From Candidatus Nomurabacteria bacterium (GTDB lineage Bacteria; Patescibacteriota; Minisyncoccia; Phycocordibacterales; UBA9973), in contig CP064958.1 of NCBI GenBank assembly GCA_016699085.1, forward strand, positions 668,619 through 732,618: a DNA stretch of 64,000 bases, given 5' to 3'. The translations under genes were made by a program, and so were the position numbers. Below the pieces are notes generated by a model, which searched no databases, was not told the origin of the DNA, and worked only from the letters and a program-made list of their open reading frames with translations. Positions 1-9,345 of this stretch are shown here, piece by piece (position 1 is the first letter of the stretch; each line of letters begins with the position of its first letter).

Positions 1-22
1 GTTATTATCACCGAATAAATCT

Positions 23-430
23 ATGGCAGAAAAAACAACAAAGAAATATACAGAAACTATTGGTCGCCGCAAGACAGCGAGTGCGCGTGTTCGACTGACA
101 CCAGGAAGTAAATTTTCAATGATAGTAAATGGTAAGGAGTATACAGAATATTTCCCAACCACAGAGCATAAAAGTATTGCAACAGCTGCACTTGATAAAA
201 CTGGTGTCGTAGCAAAATACGAAGTTACCGCAGTTATTACTGGTGGTGGTATTCATGGTCAGGCAGAAGCATTGCGCCACGGTATTGCCCGAGCACTTGT
301 TATTCTCGAAGAAGATAAAAAAACAGATATCAAAAAATTAGGTTTCTTGAAGCGTGACCCACGAGCCAAGGAACGACGCAAATTCGGCCTTAAGAAAGCT
401 CGCAAAGCACCACAGTGGTCTAAGCGTTAA
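23..430 (+). CDS. rpsI: 30S ribosomal protein S9
   Basis: 135 aa; C-terminus ...RKFGLKKARKAPQWSKR is the typical S9 tail; GRRKTASARV motif. Confidence 0.93.
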   Translation: MAEKTTKKYTETIGRRKTASARVRLTPGSKFSMIVNGKEYTEYFPTTEHKSIATAALDKTGVVAKYEVTAVITGGGIHGQAEALRHGIARALVILEEDKKTDIKKLGFLKRDPRAKERRKFGLKKARKAPQWSKR

Positions 431-433
431 AAG

Positions 434-458
434 AAAAAGCCGCCTATGCGGCTTTTTC
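434..458. terminator. rho-independent terminator after rpsI
   Basis: hairpin AGCCGC-ctat-GCGGCT followed by TTTTT. Confidence 0.7.
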
Positions 459-608
459 TACGCTTAGACGGGCGCAGTGTTGTTTTGTATTTCGAAACCA
501 CGAGCCGGGCTCGCAAGTACATTGTAAAATCAGAGTTAATACTATGATTTTACTTAGTAACTTGTGAGCTAAACGTTCAAATAATCTAAAAAATTCGCAA
601 GGGAGTTT

Positions 609-1241
609 TTGTTTGAAAAACAATATCAAATAAGTATAATGACTCATATGCAAGACGACCAAGAAGAGAAAAAGGAAATACCAGAGACCGAAGAGGCTGT
701 TGATGATGTTGTCGAATTTGTCTTTAATGACGATGGCGAAGAAGACGTCAAAGCAACGCTCAAGAAATTCCGTAAAGATTTAAAAGATTGTAAAAAAGAA
801 AAAGAAGAATATTTAGCGCAACTGCAACGTGAGCGGGCAGATTTTATTAATTACAAGCGTGATGAAGAAACGCGAGTAAAAGATAAACTGGCCTATAGTC
901 GCGAGCGACTTATTATGGATTTCCTACCCGTACTCGACTCGTACGATATGGCATTTGCCAACAAGGAAGCTTGGGAGAAAGTGGACAAGAATTGGCGCAT
1001 GGGTGTCGAGTATATTCACCAGCAGCTTTTGAAAGTGCTTGCTGACTACCAAGTCTATCCGATCGATACTAAAATCGGTGATGCTTTTGATCCAAATATC
1101 CACCAGTCGATTGAAAATGTCACTACAGATGATAAAGAAAAGGATCATACGATCGCTCAAATAACCCAATCAGGCTATAAGCTCGCAGATCGAATTATCC
1201 GTCCTGCGAGAGTGAATGTGTTTGCGTATAATCCGAAATAG
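609..1241 (+). CDS. grpE: nucleotide exchange factor GrpE
   Basis: acidic N-terminus, coiled-coil, DFINYKRDEETR and C-terminal beta domain typical of GrpE; possible TTG/ATG start ambiguity. Confidence 0.8.
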   Translation: MFEKQYQISIMTHMQDDQEEKKEIPETEEAVDDVVEFVFNDDGEEDVKATLKKFRKDLKDCKKEKEEYLAQLQRERADFINYKRDEETRVKDKLAYSRERLIMDFLPVLDSYDMAFANKEAWEKVDKNWRMGVEYIHQQLLKVLADYQVYPIDTKIGDAFDPNIHQSIENVTTDDKEKDHTIAQITQSGYKLADRIIRPARVNVFAYNPK

Positions 1242-1365
1242 TGATAGAACATATGTATCTGTTTGGGTTCACCCGCCTTACTGAGCAGTGTGTTTCAGGA
1301 AACTGAAATAAGCTAAGGGTTGTGTGCTATCTTTGACTCTGATTTAGCACATGGGTAGCTAAGAG

Positions 1366-1397
1366 GATCCGGCTTCGTGAAGCCGGATTTTTATTTT
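1366..1397 (+). terminator. rho-independent terminator after grpE
   Basis: TCCGGCTTC-gtga-AGCCGGA hairpin followed by TTTTTATTTT. Confidence 0.65.
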
Positions 1398-1501
1398 GAC
1401 AAACATATTAAAACTAGATTCATTTCATGATACAGTAAATAAAATACTGGATATGCCGATGCCAGTAAGTACTAAGTAGGCTCATTGAAAAATCAAATAC
1501 C

Positions 1502-2263
1502 ATGAAAACGATTTTCTCATTTTGTTTTTTCTTTTTGCTATGTGTACCAACTTTTACACAAGCTCAGATTGTCGGTATTGATTCAATGTATAGAGTAACG
1601 AATGACTCTTTGCAGGTCGCTGGTTCGTCGGATACTATCGAGCAGTTCCTCGTTGAGTATCGTCTAGTCCCCAAGGTTGATACAGCAAGTAGTGAATTAC
1701 AACTCTCTCCAATATTTCTTTTTAATAATCAGGGAGTAATCCCATTTGAGCACCAGGCATGGCTCCATATTGCGCTCGCATGTGATGAGTGCACAGAATT
1801 TATGACTCTTAGGCTCAATGAGTCTGGTGTATCGGGCAATGATCTCATATATAGCACAGACCAGACGATTGTGTTCCAGACAGGCTATGGTGCACTTGCG
1901 TATCGCTATTGGATAACAGGAGCCTTTCCATGTGATCTTATGTATCTCACAGAAGGAGATGTGCGGTTACAACTTGTCGAAACATCACAACAAAGTTCGA
2001 TACTCTCTGATACTAGTCATTATTTCTATAGTTGTTCAATGGATGCTATAGCAACTGTTAATCAATCAGGAGCTTTATATGAATTAGTAGGAAATCATTT
2101 GTATCTTGTCCCAGGAGCAAAATGTCATCTTTATGATGTCTTAGGTAGATGCATAGCAAGATATGAAAATATTGAACAGATTAGATTACCAGTTGGGCAG
2201 TTTGTAGTAGCTCAAATAGCAAAAGAACAAAAGAGGGAAGTTAGAAGAATTTTCCTTTTCTAA
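1502..2263 (+). CDS. secreted hypothetical protein with T9SS-like C-terminal sorting domain
   Basis: N-terminal signal peptide MKTIFSFCFFFLLCVPTFTQAQ; C-terminal ~55 aa (LYDVLGRCIARYENIEQIRLPVGQFVVAQIAKEQKREVRRI) resembles the Por/T9SS CTD pattern. Confidence 0.5.
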   Translation: MKTIFSFCFFFLLCVPTFTQAQIVGIDSMYRVTNDSLQVAGSSDTIEQFLVEYRLVPKVDTASSELQLSPIFLFNNQGVIPFEHQAWLHIALACDECTEFMTLRLNESGVSGNDLIYSTDQTIVFQTGYGALAYRYWITGAFPCDLMYLTEGDVRLQLVETSQQSSILSDTSHYFYSCSMDAIATVNQSGALYELVGNHLYLVPGAKCHLYDVLGRCIARYENIEQIRLPVGQFVVAQIAKEQKREVRRIFLF

Positions 2264-2265
2264 TT

Positions 2266-2819
2266 TTATTTTAATGAATACAGCCTGTGTAATTCCTTTT
2301 CAGTTACGGAATCAAGGGATTCAGTTAAGATAATCATCATCTCGGTCGAAAGGCCGAGATCTTTTTTTATGTTCGTAAACAGATGTTCGAAAGGGTACGG
2401 TGAAATCCAAGCAGAATTTTTGAGCATAACAAAGCCTGCTTTCTTGAGGAGGTAGCGGAGTGCTTCACGTTCGCTTTTGCGGCTCTCAGGGAGATCAAGC
2501 AGGATAATTCGCCACTTGTTATCCCAGGTAGGATTAACGAGAGAACTTTTAGCTTCTAATTTGTAGCTATTTGCTTTAACCCTACCAGATTTGGTAAGTC
2601 TAGCATAGTCATTTTGACCAGATGATATATGATCGACAAAGCCTGCTTCTTGGAGACCTTTTAAAGAGCGTGTAATGGCGTAACGGCCCGCCTTTGATGC
2701 AATGGCGGGTAAAGCTTTCTTTGTGTCGTCTATGACCCATTTTGAGAGCTCTGGAAGAGAAATAGCCGGTTTTTCGCTCAATATCCTCAATATTTTCTTG
2801 GAGAAGTCTTGTTTTGCCA
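2266..2819 (-). CDS. PaaX-family transcriptional regulator-like protein
   Basis: N-terminal winged HTH; C-terminal WDNKWRIILLDLPESRKSEREALRYLLKKAGFVMLKNSAWISPYP resembles PaaX C-domain; start chosen at internal Met MAKQDF (the ORF-track start at 2937 would overlap its own operator). Confidence 0.55.
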
Positions 2820-2880
2820 TAAAATTAAAGAGCCAAGCGACTATAATTTTTGAGCACCCCGGTCTGCGGGGTTGAATCAC

Positions 2881-2947
2881 TTGACATACCCATATCCTAT
2901 CAAGTATATTTACATTGTACAAGTATTTCGCGACCACGAAATACTTG
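2881..2947. promoter_or_regulatory. divergent promoter region with palindromic operator array
   Basis: TTGACA(2881-2886)-18nt-TATATT(2905-2910) on + strand; 11 bp perfect inverted repeat CAAGTATTTCG/CGAAATACTTG at 2920-2947; extra ACAAGTA copies at ~2901 and ~2962. Confidence 0.45.
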
Positions 2948-2979
2948 CATATTTACTTTTTACAAGTAATATTAAAGTC

Positions 2980-3345
2980 ATGATCGAAAAATTATTGGGA
3001 AAAAGTCACGAGGATTGGAAGAATCATCTGTTAAAGATGTTTAAAGATTTTCACGATAATTTTTCTGATGAAATACCTGAACAAATTGTTCACGGTGATA
3101 ATCCAAAAAATTATAAATATAAAGTTCGGGGTAATTGGTTAGCTGGAGTAAGAACTGCTTTGCAGAATGCAGCCCTTCTAAAAATGTTTCCGGAAGATTT
3201 CAATACCGAATGGAAAAGTTTTTATAAGGCCTGGGATCAGAAAATGAAAGAAAGTAATAGCACTGCACGAACAACGAAAGAAGAAATTGATATAGTAAAT
3301 AATTTTTTAATAAAAGCACAAGAAATTATAAGTAATTTAAAATAA
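2980..3345 (+). CDS. hypothetical protein
   Basis: ORF trimmed to Met MIEKLL downstream of the promoter and operator; no recognisable domain. Confidence 0.4.
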   Translation: MIEKLLGKSHEDWKNHLLKMFKDFHDNFSDEIPEQIVHGDNPKNYKYKVRGNWLAGVRTALQNAALLKMFPEDFNTEWKSFYKAWDQKMKESNSTARTTKEEIDIVNNFLIKAQEIISNLK

Positions 3346-3349
3346 TCAT

Positions 3350-5266
3350 ATGTCAAAAATAATTGGAATCGATTTGGGTACTACAAATAGCGCTGTTGCC
3401 ATCATTGAGGGAGGACAGCCGAAGATTATAGAAAACATCGAAGGTGTCCGTACGACACCATCGATTATTGCTCAGGCAAAAAACGGCGAGCGTATGGTAG
3501 GACTTTTGGCAAAGCGTCAGTCAGTTACCAATCCTGAAAATACCATCTATGGCATCAAACGATTTATGGGTCATAACTTCGACGATGCTGAAATCCAAAA
3601 AGATGCCAAGACTATTCCGTATAAAATCCAAAAAGGTTCTACGGGTGGTGTTGAAGTAAAACTCGGAGACAAATGGATGCGTCCAGAAGAAATCTCTGCC
3701 ATGGTTTTGGGCAAGATCAAAGCTGATGTCGAAGCCAAGCTTGGCGAGAAAATAACCGAGGCGGTGATCACGGTTCCGGCATATTTCAACGATGCACAAA
3801 GAAAAGCTACCAAAGACGCTGGTGCGATCGCGGGACTTGATGTCAAACGTATCATCAATGAGCCGACTGCCGCAGCGCTCGCGTACGGATTTAATACAAA
3901 GAAAAATGAGAAGATTGTCGTCTACGACTTCGGCGGAGGAACATTTGATGTCTCTGTGCTTGAAGTAGGGGACGATGTTATCGAAGTAAAGTCTACTGAC
4001 GGTGACTCACACATGGGTGGCGAAGATATTGACCAGAAGATTATTCGCTGGATTGCTGACGAATACAAGAAAGAATCTGGCATCGATGTGACTAAAGATG
4101 TCTTGGCACTGCAGCGTCTCAAGGAAGCTGCTGAGAAAACCAAGCATGAGCTTTCGACAACAATGGAGTCTGAAATTAATATTCCATTTATCACTTCTGA
4201 TGCATCAGGGCCAAAGCATTTGCTCTTGAAGATGTCTCGTACAGCACTTGAGAACCTCGCACGTGAATATATTGATCGATCGATCGACATAACCAAGCGC
4301 GCTCTCGAAGCATCACCATTTAAAATGAATGAAATCAACGAAATCATATTAGTTGGTGGACAGACGAGAATGCCAGCCATCGTTGAGGCAGTCAAGAATC
4401 TCTTTGGCAAAGAGCCAAACCGCACCATCAATCCTGATGAAGTTGTGGCACTCGGTGCGGCAGTCCAAGGTGGCGTGCTCAAAGGTGACGTACGCGATGT
4501 ACTTCTACTCGACGTCATTCCACTATCGCTTGGTATCGAAACACTTGGAGGTGTCGCAACCAAGCTCGTCGAGCGCAATACAACGATCCCATCATCGAAG
4601 TCTCAGGTATTTTCTACCGCTGCTGATAACCAAACTTCAGTCGAGATTCACATTACTCAAGGCGAACGACAAATGGCATCTGATAACAAGTCTCTCGGAC
4701 GATTTATTCTCGATGGCATTCCACCAGCGCAGCGCGGCATGCCACAAGTCGAAGTCACCTTTGATGTGGATGCCAACGGAATACTCAACGTAAAGGCCAA
4801 GGACAAGACCAGTGGCAAGGAACAATCAATTCGTATCGAAGCAAGCTCAGGGCTATCCAAAGAAGACATTGAAAAAATGCAAAAGGATGCTGAACTCCAT
4901 GCTGATGAAGATAAGAAAAAGAAAGAAGGCGTCGAGATCAAGAACACTGCTGAAATGATGATCTACACAGCTGAGAAATCTATCAAAGATGCAGAAGGTA
5001 AAGTAAGTGATGATATTAAAAATGCTGTGCAGGCTAAAGTTGATGCACTCAAGGCAGTCAAAGATGGCAGTGATATGGATGCAGTCAAAAAAGCTAATGA
5101 AGAATTATCTGCTGAGCTTTCAAAGATCGGCGAGGCCATGATGAAAGCAAATCAAGACGCAGCTAGTCAGCAAACACCACCTGCTGACAATCCTGCTGAA
5201 GGACCAGTCCGTGATGCCGAAACCAAAGAGGGGGATACTCCAGAAGAAAATCCTCCAAAGAATTAA
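3350..5266 (+). CDS. dnaK: molecular chaperone DnaK (Hsp70)
   Basis: 638 aa; [18 protein letters not shown], full Hsp70 NBD and SBD. Confidence 0.98.
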   Translation: MSKIIGIDLGTTNSAVAIIEGGQPKIIENIEGVRTTPSIIAQAKNGERMVGLLAKRQSVTNPENTIYGIKRFMGHNFDDAEIQKDAKTIPYKIQKGSTGGVEVKLGDKWMRPEEISAMVLGKIKADVEAKLGEKITEAVITVPAYFNDAQRKATKDAGAIAGLDVKRIINEPTAAALAYGFNTKKNEKIVVYDFGGGTFDVSVLEVGDDVIEVKSTDGDSHMGGEDIDQKIIRWIADEYKKESGIDVTKDVLALQRLKEAAEKTKHELSTTMESEINIPFITSDASGPKHLLLKMSRTALENLAREYIDRSIDITKRALEASPFKMNEINEIILVGGQTRMPAIVEAVKNLFGKEPNRTINPDEVVALGAAVQGGVLKGDVRDVLLLDVIPLSLGIETLGGVATKLVERNTTIPSSKSQVFSTAADNQTSVEIHITQGERQMASDNKSLGRFILDGIPPAQRGMPQVEVTFDVDANGILNVKAKDKTSGKEQSIRIEASSGLSKEDIEKMQKDAELHADEDKKKKEGVEIKNTAEMMIYTAEKSIKDAEGKVSDDIKNAVQAKVDALKAVKDGSDMDAVKKANEELSAELSKIGEAMMKANQDAASQQTPPADNPAEGPVRDAETKEGDTPEENPPKN

Positions 5267-5272
5267 CTAACC

Positions 5273-5301
5273 AAAAAACATCCCGATTCGGGATGTTTTT
5301 T
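5273..5301. terminator. bidirectional rho-independent terminator
   Basis: CATCCCG-att-CGGGATG flanked by A-run and T-run, between convergent dnaK and oxidase genes. Confidence 0.7.
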
Positions 5302-5318
5302 GTTATGTAGCAAGAACG

Positions 5319-6608
5319 TTATATTCCTTTTAAAATCTTCTCTGCAACCTCGTTTCCGCTTCCTAATGCTCCTTCGACTGTTGCGGTTTCCTCTCCGGTA
5401 TATAATGCCTCACCCGCAAAGAAAACTTTGTTATCTAATGGTTCTACAAGTTTCTCATATGCATCTCCTGTGTCCATAGCGGTGTAGCTATACGCACCGA
5501 GCGCATAAGGATCTTTAGGCCAATTAACTACTTTCCAAGTTTCTATTTGATTTTTCAAAAAATCATTATCGATGTTGAACATATTACTTAGAGCCAGTAA
5601 GCCAAGATCGAGTAATTGATTTTCTAATAGCTCTTTATTCTTGTCTGCATTTGGACCAGCCATCCAGCCAACCATAATATTTTTTTCTACCGGATATTGT
5701 GTCCACCATGCAGTGAAATCATCATTGCAAAGTGCAAAGGATAATTTGGAAAGATCATGATTTGTAACATGCTTCCACCACTGACTTTTGAATTTAATAA
5801 GAAGTTTAATTGCGGGTCCGAAACCAATCTTTGCAGTAAGAGCTAATTTTTCTGAAATATCCGGAATGAATTCAATATTTTTAAGTATTGGTAATGGTAC
5901 GGTCACAATAACCTGGTCTGCTTCAAAGGATTTGTTGTCAGTTTTTACCCTGACTTTATTAGAAGTAAAATCTATCGCTGTCACACAAGCATTAAGTATG
6001 ATTTCAACGCCATTTTGCTTGCACTCTTTCTCGAGGAAGTTAAGAAGTTTACCATAACCTTCTCGTATCCAACCATCGGCATGATAGAGTTTACCGAGTA
6101 CATCTCTACGCAAATAATCAACAGATACTCTCCTGGGATCCGCAGCTTCATAGCCTTCAACCATCTTAAGAATCGAATTTCGCAGGTTTGCGTACTCTTC
6201 TGTATCGAAATACGTCTCAAGAAACTCTGCGATTGAGATATCATTTTGTACTCTCTCAAGAGTGTCTTTGAGGATTGGGTTGCTTTGGATAAATAAGGTA
6301 CGAAGAGATAACGGGCCACTTCGTGCATCCCATACTTCACCATCATGTGCTTCGGGTATAAATGTAAGTCCTGCTTCATCGATGAGAGCTTTGGTGACAG
6401 GAGCTATACCATGAACGAATTCTGCTCCGCCTTGCGCAGGGTAACCAAATGCTTCCTCTTCAAGAGGGAAGATTCTTCCACCGATTCGATCTCGTGCTTC
6501 GAGAATAGTTATTTTCTTTCCTGCCTTAGCAAGTTCCCGCGCTGCCATTAAGCCCGCTGCACCAGCCCCGATAATTAAGGCCTCTGTTTGATTTGTTGTA
6601 GTATCCAT
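5319..6608 (-). CDS. FAD-dependent amine oxidase family oxidoreductase
   Basis: N-terminal GAGAAG Rossmann dinucleotide motif, ILEARDRIGGR, flavin amine-oxidase-like length and C-terminal FAD-contact region. Confidence 0.7.
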   Translation of the reverse strand: MDTTTNQTEALIIGAGAAGLMAARELAKAGKKITILEARDRIGGRIFPLEEEAFGYPAQGGAEFVHGIAPVTKALIDEAGLTFIPEAHDGEVWDARSGPLSLRTLFIQSNPILKDTLERVQNDISIAEFLETYFDTEEYANLRNSILKMVEGYEAADPRRVSVDYLRRDVLGKLYHADGWIREGYGKLLNFLEKECKQNGVEIILNACVTAIDFTSNKVRVKTDNKSFEADQVIVTVPLPILKNIEFIPDISEKLALTAKIGFGPAIKLLIKFKSQWWKHVTNHDLSKLSFALCNDDFTAWWTQYPVEKNIMVGWMAGPNADKNKELLENQLLDLGLLALSNMFNIDNDFLKNQIETWKVVNWPKDPYALGAYSYTAMDTGDAYEKLVEPLDNKVFFAGEALYTGEETATVEGALGSGNEVAEKILKGI

Positions 6609-6672
6609 ATAGTAGACTCACTTTAGCATTTTTAGTTTCTAATAGAAATTGTGTTCTGTTATCTTATCCACA

Positions 6673-6701
6673 TTGACGGTAAACGATCGTTCACCTATAC
6701 T
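6673..6701 (+). promoter_or_regulatory. lexA promoter with LexA (Cheo-type) box
   Basis: TTGACG-17nt-TATACT; spacer contains AAACGATCGTTC (GAAC-N4-GTTC-like palindrome) at 6681-6692. Confidence 0.55.
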
Positions 6702-6707
6702 TAAGTA

Positions 6708-7268
6708 ATGCAACCAGAAGAAAAAATCCAAGATTTCTATAGAAATAAAAAGCGCATGCCATCATATGCTGAGATAGCCAATCTTTTCGGTTTCCAATCC
6801 AAGAATGCTGCCTACAAACTCGTCCGAAATCTCATCGATAAGCGAATACTCGCCAAAGACAAACAGGGCAAGCTCATACCTCTTGCATTAGAGTCATCTA
6901 TACGACTCTTGGGACTCATTGAGGCAGGATTTCCGACACCAGCTGAGGAAACACTTATCGATACGATCTCGCTCGATGAATTCCTGATCGAAAACAGGGA
7001 AGCGACATTTATGTTACGAGTCAAAGGTGACTCTATGTATGATGCCGGTATCCGAGAAGGTGATATGGTTTTGGTCGAACGGACAACAACAGCCAAGACT
7101 GGCGCGATCGTGATTGCCGAAGTCGATGGTGCGTGGACGATGAAGTATTTGCGCAAACAGGGAATGTACTTCTACCTCGAGCCGGCCAATAAAAAGTACA
7201 AGCCGATTTTCCCAAAAGAATCACTGAAGATCGCAGCGGTGGTGAAAGCGATAATTAGGAAGTATTAA
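6708..7268 (+). CDS. lexA: SOS repressor LexA (S24 peptidase)
   Basis: N-terminal wHTH; C-terminal VKGDSM...GDMVLV...K catalytic Ser-Lys dyad layout. Confidence 0.85.
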   Translation: MQPEEKIQDFYRNKKRMPSYAEIANLFGFQSKNAAYKLVRNLIDKRILAKDKQGKLIPLALESSIRLLGLIEAGFPTPAEETLIDTISLDEFLIENREATFMLRVKGDSMYDAGIREGDMVLVERTTTAKTGAIVIAEVDGAWTMKYLRKQGMYFYLEPANKKYKPIFPKESLKIAAVVKAIIRKY

Positions 7269-7290
7269 CCCGCCTATAATTTTTCTAAAT

Positions 7291-7554
7291 ATGCATTATG
7301 TTTATATTTTACAAAGCAAGAAAGATCGAGATTTATACACTGGCTGCACTAAAGATTTAAAGGAAAGGATGAATCTACATAATGCTGGCAAAGTACCATC
7401 AACAAAATTACGTAGACCATTTATGCTTATTCATTACGAAGCTTTTATAAATAAAACTGATACATTTGCCAGAGAACAGTGGTTAAAAACTGGTTGGGGT
7501 AGAAACCATTTACGAAAAGTTTTATTCAATTATTTAAAAAATTATGGCGGGTAA
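7291..7554 (+). CDS. GIY-YIG nuclease family protein
   Basis: 87 aa; YVYIL..LYTGCT..RMNLHN..G motif of GIY-YIG/Slx1-like small nucleases. Confidence 0.75.
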   Translation: MHYVYILQSKKDRDLYTGCTKDLKERMNLHNAGKVPSTKLRRPFMLIHYEAFINKTDTFAREQWLKTGWGRNHLRKVLFNYLKNYGG

Positions 7555-8806
7555 ATCACTCATCCTTCACCTTGATGGCGATGCATTCTTTGTTGCCTGT
7601 GAGATGGCGCAATTTCCAGCACTTCGTGGTAAACCAGTCGTCGTTGGTGAAGAGCGAGGTATAGCTGTTGCCTTAAACTATGAAGCCAAGGCGCTCGGTA
7701 TTACGAGAGGTATGCCAATATACAAAATCAAGCGATTCTTCAAAGAGGTCTACATTTTGCCATCACACTTTGAACTCTACGAAGCCTACAATCAAAAAAT
7801 GTTAGCAGTCTTACGCAGGTTTGCCGCTCAAGTCGAAGAGTACAGTATTGATGAATGTTTTTGTCTTCTTTCAGATGCACAGGCAAATCTTCATGGCGGC
7901 TGGATTCCCTATGTGACTACGATCAAACAGGTTTTGCAGGAAGAGCTCGGTATTACGTTCTCGTTTGGTTTAGGAAATACCAAAGTCTTGGCTAAGGTTG
8001 CATCAAAGTATCACAAGCCTGATGGATTGACCTACATTGCACAAGGTGAGGAAGAGCAGTATCTGACTAATGTCCCAATCGGCAACGTATGGGGTATTGG
8101 TTATCGCACAGCACCAAAACTTTTAGAGCGGGGGATTAAGACAGCTCTGGATTTTGCGAAACTTTCACAAGCATATATAGAAGAGCATTTCTCCTTACCG
8201 TTCCAAGAGCTTTGGCATGAGCTCAATGGCGTGAGAATATATGACGTGCATGGTGGTTTAGATGAATTACCCAAATCACTTCAAGCAACCAGAACATTTA
8301 CTCCTGCATCATCTGATCCTATCCGTATCCATGCTGAATTATCTAAAAATATCGAAACCGCTTGTACGCGTATGCGACGATTTCATTTGGCAACGAGTCG
8401 GGTATCAGTCTTTGTTAAAACGAGTGAATTTAAGTATCGCAGTATGGAAATTGGATTCGTTAGTTCTACCGTTGATCCGTCGGCTATACTTTTGGAAGTG
8501 GATAAAATATTTGCAAGCTTGTTAAGGAAAAATGAGCAGTATAGAGCAACAGGTATTACACTCTCATCACTGGTGCCGGAGCGGGGAATGCAGCAAGACC
8601 TCTTTGGCGGACATGAAATAATGAAAGAAAAATCACTCTTATTGCATTCGATAGATGAGATCAGCAAACGATATAGCACTAATGTTATCTTTCTGGCATC
8701 GAGTCTCTCAGTTATCAAGGCCAATAAAGAAAAAAGTACTATTCGGCGTCTGACTGATCCATTTGTTTTTGGATTACCATTTCCGTACTTAGGAGAAGTG
8801 CTGTAA
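7544..8806 (+). CDS. dinB: Y-family DNA polymerase IV
   Basis: LHLDGDAFFVACE and SIDECF catalytic acidic residues; palm, fingers and little-finger domain order. Confidence 0.85.
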   Translation: MAGKSLILHLDGDAFFVACEMAQFPALRGKPVVVGEERGIAVALNYEAKALGITRGMPIYKIKRFFKEVYILPSHFELYEAYNQKMLAVLRRFAAQVEEYSIDECFCLLSDAQANLHGGWIPYVTTIKQVLQEELGITFSFGLGNTKVLAKVASKYHKPDGLTYIAQGEEEQYLTNVPIGNVWGIGYRTAPKLLERGIKTALDFAKLSQAYIEEHFSLPFQELWHELNGVRIYDVHGGLDELPKSLQATRTFTPASSDPIRIHAELSKNIETACTRMRRFHLATSRVSVFVKTSEFKYRSMEIGFVSSTVDPSAILLEVDKIFASLLRKNEQYRATGITLSSLVPERGMQQDLFGGHEIMKEKSLLLHSIDEISKRYSTNVIFLASSLSVIKANKEKSTIRRLTDPFVFGLPFPYLGEVL

Positions 8807-8897
8807 CGATGTGTGGTATACTCAAGAAAATGGTAACTCGTTAGTACTGATCGTGTGTTAGTACCAATAAAAGCAATTATTAATTTACATTAAGAGT

Positions 8898-9281
8898 ATG
8901 ATGATATTTATTGTAGGAAGAATACTATTAGGAGGTTATTTTATCTATAGCGGCATCAATCATTTTTTAGAGCACAAAGGCATGGTTGGCTATAGCAAAT
9001 CAAAAGGTGTACCGATGGCAGAGATCGCAGTACCAGCAACAGGCATCATGCTTGTTTTTGGAGGACTAGCGATAGTATTGGGTACCTTCGTTTCGATTGG
9101 TATGTGGATATTAATTATATTTCTAGTAATTACTAGCTTTGCTATGCATCAATTTTGGAAAATAAAAGATCCTATGGCTCAAATGCCCGAGCGCATAAAT
9201 TTCCTAAAAAATATGGCACTTGTTGGTGCGCTCCTTATGCTATTAGCACTCCCATTGCCGTGGGTGTATGCAATACTTTAA
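8898..9281 (+). CDS. DoxX family membrane protein
   Basis: 127 aa, 4 TM, GGYFIYSGINHF motif typical of DoxX. Confidence 0.7.
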   Translation: MMIFIVGRILLGGYFIYSGINHFLEHKGMVGYSKSKGVPMAEIAVPATGIMLVFGGLAIVLGTFVSIGMWILIIFLVITSFAMHQFWKIKDPMAQMPERINFLKNMALVGALLMLLALPLPWVYAIL

Positions 9282-9294
9282 GCTTTATAAAATA

Positions 9295-9329
9295 CAGAAA
9301 AATCCCAGCTGTTAGCTGGGATTTTTCTG
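9295..9329 (+). terminator. rho-independent terminator
   Basis: CAGAAAAATCCCAGC-tgtta-GCTGGGATTTTTCTG hairpin with T-run. Confidence 0.75.
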
Positions 9330-9345
9330 TATTTTATGGTATAGT

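Noticed and set aside
3521-4947. Several antisense or out-of-frame ORFs inside dnaK (3521-3799, 3571-3858, 3922-4578, 4353-4793, 4637-4947)
   Set aside because: Fully embedded in a highly conserved Hsp70 gene. Their low-complexity Ser/Thr/Ala-rich translations are typical of antisense frames.
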